Assembly (NCBI GenBank): GCA_964643235.1 | Contig: CAZXSL010000001.1 | Span: 209 to 64,208, forward strand | From: an uncultured Sphingobacteriaceae bacterium | GTDB lineage: Bacteria; Bacteroidota; Bacteroidia; Sphingobacteriales; Sphingobacteriaceae | Direction of reading: 5' to 3' | Length of the DNA stretch: 64,000 nucleotides | Shown: positions 1 through 10,225 of the stretch, piece by piece | Numbering within the stretch: the first letter of the stretch is position 1 | How the letters are laid out: each line of letters opens with the position of its first letter | Notes under the pieces: model-generated | The model's input: the letters and a program-made list of their open reading frames with translations, nothing else | Databases searched by the model: none | Told to the model about the DNA's origin: nothing | Program-made: the position numbers and the translations under genes

Positions 1-2
1 TA

Positions 3-407
3 ATCGGATCTCGCTATATCAAAGGGGTGAACGTCGTGAATTGGCCGATGAGCAGAGTCCTCATGTCATATTTTGCTTCGGCTTACGTACGGCTAATCAC
101 GGGCATTTCCATTCGCGATGCGACGGCAGGCTTCGTGTGTTATCGACGCATTGTCTTGGAAACCATACCGCTAGACCGGATTCGGTTCGTTGGCTATGCG
201 TTTCAGATTGAGATGAAATTTACCACCCTGCAATATGGGTTTAAAGTCGAGGAGATTCCGATCGTGTTCACCGATCGTACACAGGGGACTTCGAAGATGA
301 GTACGCATATCTTCCAGGAAGCGTTTTTTGGCGTTATCCAGATGAAGGTAAGCAGTTGGTTTAGGAAATACCGCAGAATGGACAACAGACAGGGGGGCAG
401 ACGATGA
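3..407 (+). CDS. Glycosyltransferase family 2, polyprenol-phosphate mannosyl/glucosyl transferase-like (C-terminal part; 5' end outside window)
   Basis: Frame is open from the window edge ([45 protein letters not shown]), a Dpm1-like GT2 pattern. Stop overlaps the ruvB start (ATGA). Confidence 0.7.
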   Translation: MGSRYIKGVNVVNWPMSRVLMSYFASAYVRLITGISIRDATAGFVCYRRIVLETIPLDRIRFVGYAFQIEMKFTTLQYGFKVEEIPIVFTDRTQGTSKMSTHIFQEAFFGVIQMKVSSWFRKYRRMDNRQGGRR

Positions 408-1426
408 ATGAGCATTTGGATCCCGATCCGGAGAAACTGAGCTCCACCGAGCGCGAGCTGGAAAAAGTCTTGCGCCCGCAGGTGTTCGAAGATTTTACGG
501 GCCAGCAAAAAATACTGGACAACATCAAGGTGTTTGTGCAGGCGGCCAAGCTGCGCGGCGAGGCGTTGGACCACGTGTTGCTGCACGGCCCGCCGGGCTT
601 GGGCAAGACCACCCTGTCTAACATTATCGCCAATGAAATGGGGGTCGGCATCAAGATCACCTCCGGTCCGGTGCTGGACAAGCCGGGCGACCTCGCAGGC
701 TTGCTGACCAACCTGGAGGAAGGCGACATTCTTTTCATCGACGAGATACACCGCCTCAGCCCGCTGGTGGAGGAGTACTTGTATTCGGCCATGGAGGATT
801 TCAAAATCGATATCATGATCGAGTCCGGCCCCAATGCGCGGTCCGTACAGCTCACCCTCAATCCCTTTACCCTGATTGGCGCCACGACGCGTTCCGGACT
901 GCTGACAGCGCCCCTGCGCGCCCGCTTCGGCATCAACGCCCGCCTGCAGTACTACGACGCTAAGCTGTTGACGACGATCGTGCTACGCTCGGCAAGTATA
1001 CTTCGATCGCCCATTACCGAAGAAGGGGCCTATGAGATTGCCCGGCGGAGTCGGGGTACGCCCCGCATTGCCAATGCGCTCCTGCGCCGCACGCGCGACT
1101 TCGCCCAGATAAAAGGCGACGGCCGCATCGACACGGAGATCGCAAAATATGCGCTGAATGCGTTGAATGTAGATGAGCACGGTCTGGATGAAATGGACAA
1201 CAAAATCCTGCTGACGATTATCGACAAGTTTAAAGGCGGGCCCGTGGGCGTCAAAACCATTGCCACGGCAGTAGGGGAGGACGAAGGCACCATCGAGGAG
1301 GTTTATGAGCCATTTCTCATCCAGGAGGGCTTCCTGATGCGCACCTCCCGCGGCCGGGAATGCACCGAAGCGGCCTACAAGCACTTGGGCAAGAGCAGTT
1401 ATCCAAAAGGGAATACGTTGTTTTGA
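404..1426 (+). CDS. ruvB: Holliday junction branch migration DNA helicase RuvB
   Basis: [12 protein letters not shown], Walker [31 protein letters not shown]; full-length 340 aa. Confidence 0.97.
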   Translation: MNEHLDPDPEKLSSTERELEKVLRPQVFEDFTGQQKILDNIKVFVQAAKLRGEALDHVLLHGPPGLGKTTLSNIIANEMGVGIKITSGPVLDKPGDLAGLLTNLEEGDILFIDEIHRLSPLVEEYLYSAMEDFKIDIMIESGPNARSVQLTLNPFTLIGATTRSGLLTAPLRARFGINARLQYYDAKLLTTIVLRSASILRSPITEEGAYEIARRSRGTPRIANALLRRTRDFAQIKGDGRIDTEIAKYALNALNVDEHGLDEMDNKILLTIIDKFKGGPVGVKTIATAVGEDEGTIEEVYEPFLIQEGFLMRTSRGRECTEAAYKHLGKSSYPKGNTLF

Positions 1427-1502
1427 CAAATGAAAATGATAAGCGTAAAAAATGGTATAAGTATTGCTGTCTGAACAACCCTGAAACGTAAGCTAATCAA
1501 TT

Positions 1503-2234
1503 ATGAAGTTTGGTATTCCCACCGCGTTGCTCGTGTTGCTCCCGTTCTTCTCCAACGCGCAGTTTGGCAACGAGTCTCCCATTCCTTATTTCCGCTATTC
1601 GGTGACGGCAGGCGTAGGGGCAAATCAGCTGTACGGCGATTTGGATCTGCGTCCGATAGGCCCGACGGTTTTTCTTCGGGGTAATTATTTCGTCACGCAC
1701 GGCCTGAGCGTGGGTTTGGAAATACAGGAAGGCTTGCTATGGGGTGAAGATGAGGTGGCTGTCAGCGATGTGGTTCGCAAGACCCGAAACTTCTACCATG
1801 CAGCCATGTTCGATGTGCGTTTCCAGCCGTTAAAATATATGCAGGATGACCATATACGGCGTTCTGAATACAAGCATTCCTATAGCCAGCGGGTGCTGAG
1901 TTCGGCCTATGCGGGGGTAGGTGTCGGTGTAATTTATAACCTGCAATGGGATCAGCAGCGGGCTAGGAACTCGGAGACGAATGTAGTTGACGAGTATCAT
2001 GAAGGTACCGACTATGGGCTCGGCTATTTCCTCACGACTAATATCGGTTTTGAGCTCCCACTCCACAGCCTTAAGCCGAACTTGTTAGACTCTTATATCT
2101 GGTCGATTGTAGTCAACGGACAAGCCAATTTCGCGTTTGACGACCACGTTGACGGATACAGCGGTAACTATCCCGAAAACTCGAGTAAAGACGTCTTTGG
2201 CGTACTGAGCATCGGCGTCAACCTGCGGTTCTAA
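1503..2234 (+). CDS. Hypothetical outer-membrane beta-barrel protein
   Basis: Signal peptide (LLVLLPFFSNAQ), alternating aromatic/Gly beta-strand pattern, C-terminal aromatic (..VNLRF). Confidence 0.6.
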   Translation: MKFGIPTALLVLLPFFSNAQFGNESPIPYFRYSVTAGVGANQLYGDLDLRPIGPTVFLRGNYFVTHGLSVGLEIQEGLLWGEDEVAVSDVVRKTRNFYHAAMFDVRFQPLKYMQDDHIRRSEYKHSYSQRVLSSAYAGVGVGVIYNLQWDQQRARNSETNVVDEYHEGTDYGLGYFLTTNIGFELPLHSLKPNLLDSYIWSIVVNGQANFAFDDHVDGYSGNYPENSSKDVFGVLSIGVNLRF

Positions 2235-2790
2235 CCCGCTTCAGCTTTTTTAAAACCCGTTTGCCGCGGCTTTGCATCGCTGCGGAGCCATTTTGTAGCA
2301 AATGACGCGTTTGCGTTTCCAGTTCTTCGGCGATCCAGTCGGCGTGGTGGCAGAGATGAAACAGAATGTCCAAACAATTGACCTGTACGGCTACAGGAGT
2401 TTCCGGATCGATCAGCCAGCCGAAGACCACCTCAACTAATTGATCCTTGTCGGCTGTTATCATAAACTCTTGGTACGAGTTCACCGTCTTCGCGTCCGTC
2501 ACCCACATCAGAATTTTGGTAAAATGCCGTTGGCAGCTGTGATTCCGCTGATGGGGAAGGTCGGCCAGGAATCGTGGCAAAAGCGGGAGAAAGCGACCTT
2601 CGTCATGCACGGCGATGTGTTCCAATACCCAAGCCGAACGAAAGGCAATTTGTGGACGCGATTGATCGTAGCACAGCGCCAATAATCCTTCAACCGGAAT
2701 ACTGGGGTCTTGTGCCACCGCGGTAAGCTCGGCAATCATGGTTTTTCCGAAAGTGGACTCAAAGCGCTGGATGATGGCCTGCTTCTCCAT
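2218..2790 (-). CDS. Hypothetical protein (helical-repeat-like)
   Basis: ORF 2218..2931. The internal ATG at 2790 (MEKQAIIQRF) avoids overlap with the divergent thioesterase gene. No family recognised. Confidence 0.5.
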   Translation of the reverse strand: MEKQAIIQRFESTFGKTMIAELTAVAQDPSIPVEGLLALCYDQSRPQIAFRSAWVLEHIAVHDEGRFLPLLPRFLADLPHQRNHSCQRHFTKILMWVTDAKTVNSYQEFMITADKDQLVEVVFGWLIDPETPVAVQVNCLDILFHLCHHADWIAEELETQTRHLLQNGSAAMQSRGKRVLKKLKRVRTAG

Positions 2791-2848
2791 GGTGACTTGC
2801 ATGCGAACGAATATCGAGAAATTCCCTGAAAATATGGTATTTTTGCTC

Positions 2849-3253
2849 ATGCAACAAAATGATGCCTTATCACTGGAAAACCGTATCGAACAATCCCAAA
2901 CTCGGATTTTCAAAGCCGTTTTCCCCAACACAACGAATCATTACGACACCCTTTTCGGTGGTACCGCTATGGCGCTGATGGATGAGGTGGCCTTCATTGC
3001 CGGCACGCGGTTTTGCCGCAAGCGTTTGGTCACCGTCTCATCTGACCGGATCGATTTTAATCAGCCTATTCCGGCAGGAACGATTATCGAACTGGTCGGA
3101 ACCGTCGTCCATGTCGGGCGTACCAGCCTGAAGGTGGAAGTAGATATTTACGTCGAGCGGATGTATGAGGAGGGGCGCGAGCTGGCAATCAGAGGCTCGT
3201 TTACGTTCGTGGCGATTGATGAGGACAAAAAGCCGATTCCAGTTCTTTCTTAA
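2849..3253 (+). CDS. Acyl-CoA thioesterase (hotdog fold, YciA-like)
   Basis: FPNTTNHYDTLFGGTAMALMDEVAFIAG..VHVGRTSLKVEV is a typical hotdog acyl-CoA hydrolase pattern. Start chosen at ATG 2849 (alternative 2834). Confidence 0.8.
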   Translation: MQQNDALSLENRIEQSQTRIFKAVFPNTTNHYDTLFGGTAMALMDEVAFIAGTRFCRKRLVTVSSDRIDFNQPIPAGTIIELVGTVVHVGRTSLKVEVDIYVERMYEEGRELAIRGSFTFVAIDEDKKPIPVLS

Positions 3254-3285
3254 CGCCGCCGAGGGCTGCTTCGGACCATAAAAAA

Positions 3286-3307
3286 GCCAGCGCGTTGAGG
3301 CGCTGGC
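3286..3307. terminator. Bidirectional intrinsic terminator between convergent genes
   Basis: A-tract, GCCAGCGC-gttgag-GCGCTGGC hairpin; sits between the thioesterase (+) and the secreted protein gene (-). Confidence 0.6.
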
Positions 3308-3335
3308 GATATGTAACGTGTAATGGGTGGTTGTC

Positions 3336-4073
3336 TTATCTTGCCTTGCTCCAGACTTCGTATAGGGGCTCGCCGGACGAGTTGAGCCCCGAGTGATGCC
3401 AATGCCCGTCTACGAGTTTGCCGTCGAACTGCAGGGACGCACCCACCCGATCGCTATTGCGCGAAAAGAACTCGATGTTTTCGGTGTATTTCCCGTTTTC
3501 AAACGTAAAATTGCCCCCGCCCGTGCCTGAAAAGACACCGGTCTTGATGTTGATGGCCACCCACTGAAAGCGACTGCCCGTCAGGATCTTGTACGTTCTT
3601 CGGTCACCAGGCGCATGGTCGCTGGCGATTTTCGCGTCGGCACCGCGCCCCGTCATGTACCATACACCAGCTAAGGGATTGTCGTTATTGTCCAGTCGAC
3701 GCCAGTCTGCATTAGCACCCGATAAGTCGGACGAAAGCGTGTTGCCTACGTTGGCCTTGAAGATGGTCGTTTTGCCGAGCCACGTGTCGATGGGCGTTTC
3801 AGCCGCCGCTTTTTCGGTGTCCCATTCCCAGGTAATGGCGAGCTGGCCATTGTTGTGCGTATAGGTACCGCCACGTGTGGCAATAAACTTCTTATTTTTC
3901 ACATCGAATGTACTATGCGATACCAAGCCGTCGACAAAAACCGCTGTTTGTTCGATGTCGCCGGTTTTGGTATGCCAGGCGCCCGCCAAGGTATTGGACT
4001 GTGCGTGGGCCGGTGATACCCCTACGCTAGCGCAAATCACGACTAGTAGGGAAAAAATCATGGGTCTTTTCAT
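3336..4073 (-). CDS. Secreted protein with two lipocalin-like/DUF4488-like modules
   Basis: Signal peptide MKRPMIFSLLVVICASVGVSPAHAQ. Internal duplication (LAGAWHTKTG.. / LAGVWYMTGRG..). Confidence 0.55.
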   Translation of the reverse strand: MKRPMIFSLLVVICASVGVSPAHAQSNTLAGAWHTKTGDIEQTAVFVDGLVSHSTFDVKNKKFIATRGGTYTHNNGQLAITWEWDTEKAAAETPIDTWLGKTTIFKANVGNTLSSDLSGANADWRRLDNNDNPLAGVWYMTGRGADAKIASDHAPGDRRTYKILTGSRFQWVAINIKTGVFSGTGGGNFTFENGKYTENIEFFSRNSDRVGASLQFDGKLVDGHWHHSGLNSSGEPLYEVWSKAR

Positions 4074-4140
4074 GTCTGAATAGTTTGGTTTAAAACTCAA
4101 AAACTAATTTACGCATATTTTGTTCGCAACATCACGCTTT

Positions 4141-5172
4141 TTACATAAATTTTCGATCCGGAAGCCGATCGAACGTTTTCTTACCCCCGACGAAAAATGC
4201 CCACACCACACTGCCGCGGTATAATCCCTGAGGTCGGCCGACATGTTTGGCGAGCTGCCTTCGCTTCTGATCGGTCTTGAAAAACGAATAAAAAAAAGAT
4301 TGGTGTGAACGGCTAACCGCCCAAGCGTCCTTAAACTTGCCTTTGGCCAAAAACTGGAAAATCGCTGCTAAGTCGATCCACAAACGGCAGAAGACAGTGA
4401 GGGCGCCTTGTACCGGCGACAGGTTTTTCTGTAGGGTGAACAGGCTATTTCGGAAATTAAGGTATGTTTTTCTGGGATTTGATGGCACGAGTGTTCCGCC
4501 GCCCACATGAAAGACCTCTGCATCAGGGCAGTAACCAATGCTGTATCCCAAGCGCTGGAGCCGCCAGCATAGGTCAATTTCTTCCATATGCGCGAAGTAA
4601 TCGCCGTCAAAACCGCCAGCTTCCAGCCAGCAGCGTTTGCGGATAAAGAGGGCCGCGCCACTAGCCCAAAAAACAGTTCGCTCATCGTCATATTGGCCGT
4701 GGTCGTGTTCGACGTGATGCATAACGCGTCCGCGGCAAAACGGAAACCCAAATTGGTCTAGAAAGCCGCCCGCGGCACCTGCATATTCAAAAAGCCGACG
4801 ATCGTGGTATGCTTTAATCTTTGGTTGGGCCGCTGCTATATTCGGATTGGCCTCCAGATAGCGGATGATGGGGTCAATCCAGCCTGGGGCTACTTCGACA
4901 TCTGAGTTTAAAAGCGCATAGTAATCGGCATCGACATGTTTCAGCACGGCGTTATACCCGCCTGCGTAGCCCAAGTTTTCCGTGTTTTGGATAATCTTGA
5001 CCTGTGGGAAGTTTTCCCGTACATAGTCCACCGATCCGTCCGTCGAACCGTTGTCGCCCACCACAATCTCCAGGTTAGCGTACGTGCTGTTATACACCGA
5101 TAGCAGGAACTTTTCCAGAAAGAACCTGCCATTCCAGTTTAATATAACCACGGCTACCTTAGGCGTTTTCAT
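4141..5172 (-). CDS. Glycosyltransferase family 2 (rhamnosyltransferase-like)
   Basis: VAVVILNWNG..VVGDNGSTDGS..NLGYAGGYN..LLNSDVEV..EEIDLCWR. Start at ATG 5172 (MKTPKVAVV), overlapping the upstream acyltransferase stop by 14 nt. Confidence 0.85.
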   Translation of the reverse strand: MKTPKVAVVILNWNGRFFLEKFLLSVYNSTYANLEIVVGDNGSTDGSVDYVRENFPQVKIIQNTENLGYAGGYNAVLKHVDADYYALLNSDVEVAPGWIDPIIRYLEANPNIAAAQPKIKAYHDRRLFEYAGAAGGFLDQFGFPFCRGRVMHHVEHDHGQYDDERTVFWASGAALFIRKRCWLEAGGFDGDYFAHMEEIDLCWRLQRLGYSIGYCPDAEVFHVGGGTLVPSNPRKTYLNFRNSLFTLQKNLSPVQGALTVFCRLWIDLAAIFQFLAKGKFKDAWAVSRSHQSFFYSFFKTDQKRRQLAKHVGRPQGLYRGSVVWAFFVGGKKTFDRLPDRKFM

Positions 5173-6058
5173 GTGTTGTTGGTTTCCATTTCCACCGCTT
5201 GTGCGACCAAAGCCAAAGCTCAGGCTTGTTGCGTATAATGTTTTCCGTATACCGCGTGTACCGTGCGGTAATCTCATTTTCGGCGCTTGCTAACGCCGGA
5301 TCGTCCACGAGGGTTTCAAACGTACATGTATAATGCCCCCGCTTTATGCGGTCGATGTGGCAAAATACGACTGGGAAGCCGGTTAGCTTCGCAATGCGTT
5401 CAACTCCATTATAGACCGGCGTGTAGGTGCCTAGAAAGTCCATCGCGGTATAGGCATCCTTGCGACGGGGCGTTTGGTCAGCCACAAACATGCTGATATG
5501 GGGCTGGTGGCGTAGGCCGGCAATTTTGCGAAGCGTGAGCTTCATGGGCACCATGATGGCGCCAAAGCGACCACGTATCGCATTGTAGATCTCCTGAAAT
5601 CCTTTGTTGCTAAGTGGTTTGTAAATAATTAGCACCGGTTCCTTGAGCAGGAGGCAAAGCCGATGGATGCCGAGTTCCCAATTCCCATAATGGGCAGTGA
5701 CGCCGATGACGCTACGGCCCGCTTGCAAATGCTCGGTCACCACGTCCGGGTTCATTAACTTTATGCGCTGTTTAACCGCTCGGGGTGATATGGTTCGCAT
5801 CTTTATGGCCTCGACCATGATATCGGGCAAGAAGCGATAAAACTTGAAGGCGATCCGCTGGCGTTCCCGGTCTGTCTTTTCGGGGAAAACCCGCAAGAGA
5901 TTATCCGCCACCACCCGCCGACGATAGCGGAATACATAATAGAGCAGTACGAATAGGACGTCGGACAGGCGGTACAGCACCCAGAACGGCAACAAACTGG
6001 CCAGATAGATTAACAATGACGGTAATACCGGTTTCCGCATAGATTGTCCTGAAAACAC
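5159..6058 (-). CDS. LpxL/HtrB-family lysophospholipid (lipid A-type) acyltransferase
   Basis: N-terminal TM, then YRRRVVADNLLRVFPEKTDRERQRI..HYGNWE (HX4-type acyltransferase pattern). Alternative start 6040. Confidence 0.78.
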   Translation of the reverse strand: MFSGQSMRKPVLPSLLIYLASLLPFWVLYRLSDVLFVLLYYVFRYRRRVVADNLLRVFPEKTDRERQRIAFKFYRFLPDIMVEAIKMRTISPRAVKQRIKLMNPDVVTEHLQAGRSVIGVTAHYGNWELGIHRLCLLLKEPVLIIYKPLSNKGFQEIYNAIRGRFGAIMVPMKLTLRKIAGLRHQPHISMFVADQTPRRKDAYTAMDFLGTYTPVYNGVERIAKLTGFPVVFCHIDRIKRGHYTCTFETLVDDPALASAENEITARYTRYTENIIRNKPELWLWSHKRWKWKPTTHENA

Positions 6059-6087
6059 CGCATTGGGGTGTCGCCCACAAATATCCC

Positions 6088-6095
6088 CAAAAATA
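6088..6095 (-). promoter_or_regulatory. Candidate Bacteroidota -7 box (TAnnTTTG) for the acyltransferase-GT2 operon
   Basis: Minus-strand TATTTTTG, 29 nt upstream of ATG 6058. Confidence 0.4.
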
Positions 6096-6098
6096 AAC

Positions 6099-6106
6099 TA
6101 TTTTTG
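6099..6106 (+). promoter_or_regulatory. Candidate -7 box for the WbqC-like gene
   Basis: TATTTTTG on the plus strand. Forms a perfect palindrome with the 6088-6095 box (CAAAAATA-aac-TATTTTTG). Confidence 0.35.
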
Positions 6107-6212
6107 CACGATTAGCTCGATTTAGGTGGGCGTCACCGTATTTCATTGATAGTTACGGTATGATCGCGCGACCTTCGAGCTAGAATCTTATTATGCAAAG
6201 CAGCGTTTATCC

Positions 6213-6827
6213 ATGCATCCTGATATACTCTTAATAGCCCCGGCGTTTTATCTGCCTCCGGTATCCTACTTTAAGGCGATTCGTTCGTTCGGGAACCCCA
6301 TTCTTATCGAACAATACGAGCATTTTCCGAAACAAACCTACCGTACCCGTGCGTCGATACATTCCGCTAACGGAAAGCTGGACCTTATTATTCCCGTGAA
6401 AAAGGGGAGTAACGGGCATACGGCCATGAAGGACGTGCGCATCAGCTACGACGCCAATTGGCAGCGCCTGCACTGGCTCAGTCTACAAACGAGCTACCGC
6501 ACCTCGGCTTTTTTCGAATATTACGAACACGAATTCGTCTCTTTCTACGAAAAAGAGTATGAATTCCTGCTGGATTATAACATGGAGCTATTCGACTTGT
6601 TGTGCCGTCTCCTCAAACTGGAGGTGTCTTGGGCGACTACGACGCACTACGAGGCTGAGTACGCGGGCGCGATTGACTTGCGGACCGTCATTCATCCTAA
6701 AATGCAGCCGTTTCGGCAGGTTGAGCCTTACTACCAGGTGTTCGCTAACAAGAATGGGTTTTTGGAGGATTTAAGCATCGTAGACTTGCTGTTCAACCAA
6801 GGGCCTCACAGCAAGAATTATTTGTGA
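6213..6827 (+). CDS. WbqC-family protein
   Basis: YLPPVSYFKAI..IEQYEHFPKQTYRTRA..ANGKLDLIIPV, recalled as WbqC-like (PF08889). Confidence 0.72.
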   Translation: MHPDILLIAPAFYLPPVSYFKAIRSFGNPILIEQYEHFPKQTYRTRASIHSANGKLDLIIPVKKGSNGHTAMKDVRISYDANWQRLHWLSLQTSYRTSAFFEYYEHEFVSFYEKEYEFLLDYNMELFDLLCRLLKLEVSWATTTHYEAEYAGAIDLRTVIHPKMQPFRQVEPYYQVFANKNGFLEDLSIVDLLFNQGPHSKNYL

Positions 6828-6892
6828 GCGAACCGATAGCCGTAAACTTTTTGCGTCGCTGGTCGTTATTTACTTCAGCAGACACTGAGTTT

Positions 6893-7555
6893 ATGAAGCA
6901 CTCTCTAGTTTTAGTCTTTTTGATGCTCGCACTCTACGCCAGCCCAGCGCGTGCGCAAGATACGGCCAAACGTAAGGTTTTCGTCATCAGCGGCATGGGC
7001 TGGGGGCTTACCGGCGGGAGCACGGCAGAAGTCCTCACCCCAAAGTTCTCGAGCAGCCTGGGACTGGACGTCGTCTTGCGAAACCCCCGTTATTTTGCAT
7101 ATCCATCGATGGATTTTCTTGTTTTCGGGTACGACCAGAAAGAATCCGACCCGGATTATGCTTACAATCTGGATCGCGGCCGAAGCAACTTTTACAACCT
7201 GAATGTAGCGGTGGGCATCCGCCAGCATTTGCGGCCCGTAAGCGCCTATGCGTTTGCCGGGCCTGGCATCGGCGTGGTGAGCGAGCCGCGCGCCCGCGTG
7301 TCCGAAGGGCAAAGCCTCGTGAAAATCGAAAATACGTACCATTTCACGCCGTCCGTGCGGGCGGGAGTGGGTGCCGACATCAAGCTTGGTAGCTTTTATT
7401 TGTTCCTCGAAGGTGCATGGCTGCACAATTTCCGGCGTATGCAAAATCGCCCCGTGCATGTTTTTTCCATCTATGGCGGGCTGAAGACGGACGTAACTCG
7501 CCTCGCCGGCCACGTAACTAAGGCAATTGGCATTGATGCTGGAGTTTCCCCTTAG
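6893..7555 (+). CDS. Hypothetical outer-membrane beta-barrel protein
   Basis: Signal peptide MKHSLVLVFLMLALYASPARAQ at the internal ATG 6893; Gly/aromatic-rich strand pattern. Confidence 0.55.
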   Translation: MKHSLVLVFLMLALYASPARAQDTAKRKVFVISGMGWGLTGGSTAEVLTPKFSSSLGLDVVLRNPRYFAYPSMDFLVFGYDQKESDPDYAYNLDRGRSNFYNLNVAVGIRQHLRPVSAYAFAGPGIGVVSEPRARVSEGQSLVKIENTYHFTPSVRAGVGADIKLGSFYLFLEGAWLHNFRRMQNRPVHVFSIYGGLKTDVTRLAGHVTKAIGIDAGVSP

Positions 7556-7644
7556 GGACGTGGCGGACTCGCAATGCCACCGACGCGGTTTGTAAAATCC
7601 AAAAGAAAATCACTATTATTACCCACTGTAATAGTTTGGATCTT

Positions 7645-8160
7645 ATGAAACGCAGGACAGCGATTAAGCAATTACTTATCGTAGCCGGGGGCTTGGTGCT
7701 GGTGCCTTCCTGCATGCGCGAATCCGGGAAGACGAGCATCGACTTGGCTAATTTAGACCTCAACGCATCCGACGAGGATCTGCTGGCTGCGATCGTCGAA
7801 ACCATTATCCCAGAAACCGATTCGCCAGGCGGCAAATCGCTCAATCTTCACCTCTTTGTACTGAAAATGATCGATGACTGCCATGGGGAAGCCGACCAAC
7901 TAGCGTTTGTCACCGGATTGCGGGATTGGGCCCGGGAGGCACGAAATACCCTGAGCGACGCGTATGAGGATGCTGACGTGGCGGAACAAATAGCCTTTGT
8001 AGAAACCGTAAATGGTGATAGCGAACATCCCCTGGCGGGATTCTTTGGTTTAGTTAAGCGGCGTACCATACAGGGATACCTCAACTCACAGCACGTGATG
8101 ACCCATGAGTTGGTCTACGAACTCGTGCCGGGCAGATACGACGGTTATGCTCCAGCGTAG
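7645..8160 (+). CDS. Gluconate 2-dehydrogenase subunit 3-family protein (small TAT-signal subunit)
   Basis: Twin-arginine signal MKRRTAIKQLLIVAGGLVLVPSC. Lies 33 nt upstream of a signal-less GMC flavoprotein. ATG at 7645. Confidence 0.8.
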   Translation: MKRRTAIKQLLIVAGGLVLVPSCMRESGKTSIDLANLDLNASDEDLLAAIVETIIPETDSPGGKSLNLHLFVLKMIDDCHGEADQLAFVTGLRDWAREARNTLSDAYEDADVAEQIAFVETVNGDSEHPLAGFFGLVKRRTIQGYLNSQHVMTHELVYELVPGRYDGYAPA

Positions 8161-8192
8161 CGCATGACCGAACAATCAGGACGAAATACAAT

Positions 8193-9911
8193 ATGGCGAA
8201 TATCAATATAGACGCGAAACAGCAACATACGTATGACGCAATTGTGGTCGGGTCAGGAATGAGCGGCGGATGGGCTGCCAAGGAGCTTTGCGAAGCCGGG
8301 TTAAAAACCTTGGTGCTGGAGCGAGGACGCGACGTGGAGCATATCAAGGACTATCCAACCACCAATATGTACCCGTATGAGTTTGAACACCGCGGCGAGA
8401 TGCCGCATGCCGACAAGGCTAAAAACCCGATTGTCAATCGGTGCTACGCATATAGGGAAGATTCCGCGCATTTCTTCGTGAAAGACGACGAACACCCTTA
8501 TATACAAGACAAAGATTTTGATTGGATTCGTGGCTACCAGGTAGGGGGGAAGTCGCTGCTGTGGGCTCGTCAGGTGCAACGTTGGAGCGATTTCGATTTT
8601 GAGGGACCGGCACGGGACGGTTTTGCAGTCGATTGGCCAATCCGTTATCGTGATTTGAAGCCATGGTACGACCGTGTTGAGCGGTTTATCGGGGTCTCGG
8701 GCAATCGTGACGGAATTCCCGAGTTGCCGGATGGCGAATTCTTGCCGGCTTATCCGCTCAATGCGGCCGAGGACCACTTCAAGCGGGTGGTGGAGTCGAA
8801 ATACCCGCATCGTTACATCGTCAGCGCGCGGTGCGCCCACCTGTCCGAACCTCAGCCCATCCACATTGCCCAAGGGAGGGTAAAGTGTCAAAATCGGGTG
8901 TTGTGCCAGCGCGGATGTCCCTTTGGCGGATATTACAGCAGTAACGCATCTACTTTGCCCTGGGCCCAGAAAACAGGCAACATGACATTGCGGCCGTTCT
9001 CCGTCGTCCATTCGATTCTGTACGATGAGCAGCAAGGCAAAGCCATCGGTGTCCGCGTCATCGATACCAATACGAAGGAAGCCATCGACTATTACAGCCG
9101 GGTGGTGTTCCTCAACGCGTCCACGCTAAATACGAACTTGATTCTGCTCAACTCCACTTCCAACCGTTTTCCGGACGGCTTCGGTAATGACAACGGACTG
9201 CTGGGTAAATATATTGCTTTCCATAGCTATACGGGCGTTATTTCCGCTAGGTACGACGGTGCGAAAGCCTATCGGACCGATGGCCGCAATCCCGCAGGTG
9301 GCGGTTATATTCCGCGCTTCCGCAACGTATACCGGCAAGAAACAGATTTCCTTCGGGGATGGGCGGCCGCTTTCGGGGCAGGGAGAGGTACGTGGAGCGA
9401 TCGTTCGGGTGTGGGGGCGACGCTGAAGGACCAGCTCCTCAATCCAAAATTGAACGACCACTGGAACGTGCACTCGCACATGATGGCTGAAACCATACCC
9501 AAGGCATCAAACCACGTGTGGCTGGATGCGTCCCAAAAGGATGCTTGGGGTATACCACTCATGCACATCGACGTGGATTATGACGACAACGATTGGAAAA
9601 TACGGCAAGACTATTTTGACCAAATGAGCGAGATGTTTGAGGCGGCCGGATTTACGGACATTCACACGCGTGAGGATAACCGGCGCCCGGGCAACGATAT
9701 CCACGAGATGGGCGGCGTGCGAATGGGACACGATCCCCAAACTTCGCTACTCAATAAGTGGAACCAAATGCACGCCTGCACCAACGTGTTCGTCACGGAC
9801 GGTGCTTGCATGACCTCCACAGCAACACAAAACCCTTCGCTCACCTACATGGCACTTACGGCTAGGGCCGTGAATTACGCCGTCGAAGAGATGAAAAAGG
9901 GTTCTTTGTAA
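8193..9911 (+). CDS. GMC-family FAD-dependent oxidoreductase (large subunit)
   Basis: N-terminal FAD fold YDAIVVGSGMSGGWAAKEL; C-terminal GMC signature region (HEMGGVRMG..NVFVTDGA..NPSLT). No signal peptide. Confidence 0.9.
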   Translation: MANINIDAKQQHTYDAIVVGSGMSGGWAAKELCEAGLKTLVLERGRDVEHIKDYPTTNMYPYEFEHRGEMPHADKAKNPIVNRCYAYREDSAHFFVKDDEHPYIQDKDFDWIRGYQVGGKSLLWARQVQRWSDFDFEGPARDGFAVDWPIRYRDLKPWYDRVERFIGVSGNRDGIPELPDGEFLPAYPLNAAEDHFKRVVESKYPHRYIVSARCAHLSEPQPIHIAQGRVKCQNRVLCQRGCPFGGYYSSNASTLPWAQKTGNMTLRPFSVVHSILYDEQQGKAIGVRVIDTNTKEAIDYYSRVVFLNASTLNTNLILLNSTSNRFPDGFGNDNGLLGKYIAFHSYTGVISARYDGAKAYRTDGRNPAGGGYIPRFRNVYRQETDFLRGWAAAFGAGRGTWSDRSGVGATLKDQLLNPKLNDHWNVHSHMMAETIPKASNHVWLDASQKDAWGIPLMHIDVDYDDNDWKIRQDYFDQMSEMFEAAGFTDIHTREDNRRPGNDIHEMGGVRMGHDPQTSLLNKWNQMHACTNVFVTDGACMTSTATQNPSLTYMALTARAVNYAVEEMKKGSL

Positions 9912-9925
9912 AGAATTTATCCCTG

Positions 9926-9956
9926 CTCAAACAATATTGATCCATTATTGTTTGAG
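9926..9956 (+). terminator. Hairpin after the GMC oxidoreductase gene, followed by a second GC hairpin at 9966-9984
   Basis: Perfect 11-bp stem CTCAAACAATA/TATTGTTTGAG with a 9-nt loop; then CGGGGCG-gaaaa-CGCCCCG. No strong T-tract. Confidence 0.4.
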
Positions 9957-10225
9957 TATTGTCGTCGGGGCGGAAAACGCCCCGCACGCAGAGGGTCTAA
10001 CTACTTGTGATTCCTACCCATGAAATGATTTTGTCGTGAAGTAAACGAGGCTTTTTTGCCTCCCGTCTGTTTGCTAAAACGATTATAGCGTTCGCTATTC
10101 AACCTTTAACCTTTCACGAAGTGCCCGCATTGGCGGAGTACGCTGCCCATATAGACGGACGCGGGATATGCCGCGCCTTGGCTTGTGCGCGCGTGTATAA
10201 TAAGTTGAATAACCATTTAAGATAG

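Noticed and set aside
8301-9035. Long antisense or alternate-frame ORFs inside well-supported genes: 8301-9035, 10114-10881, 24743-25261, 25462-26022, 42370-43059, 50358-51017, 52922-53497, 61387-61866, 62179-62820 and many shorter ones.
   Set aside because: Each lies wholly within a gene with strong family motifs on the opposite strand or in another frame. Their translations are Arg/Ser/Pro-rich with no motifs. These are typical shadow ORFs of moderately GC-rich DNA.
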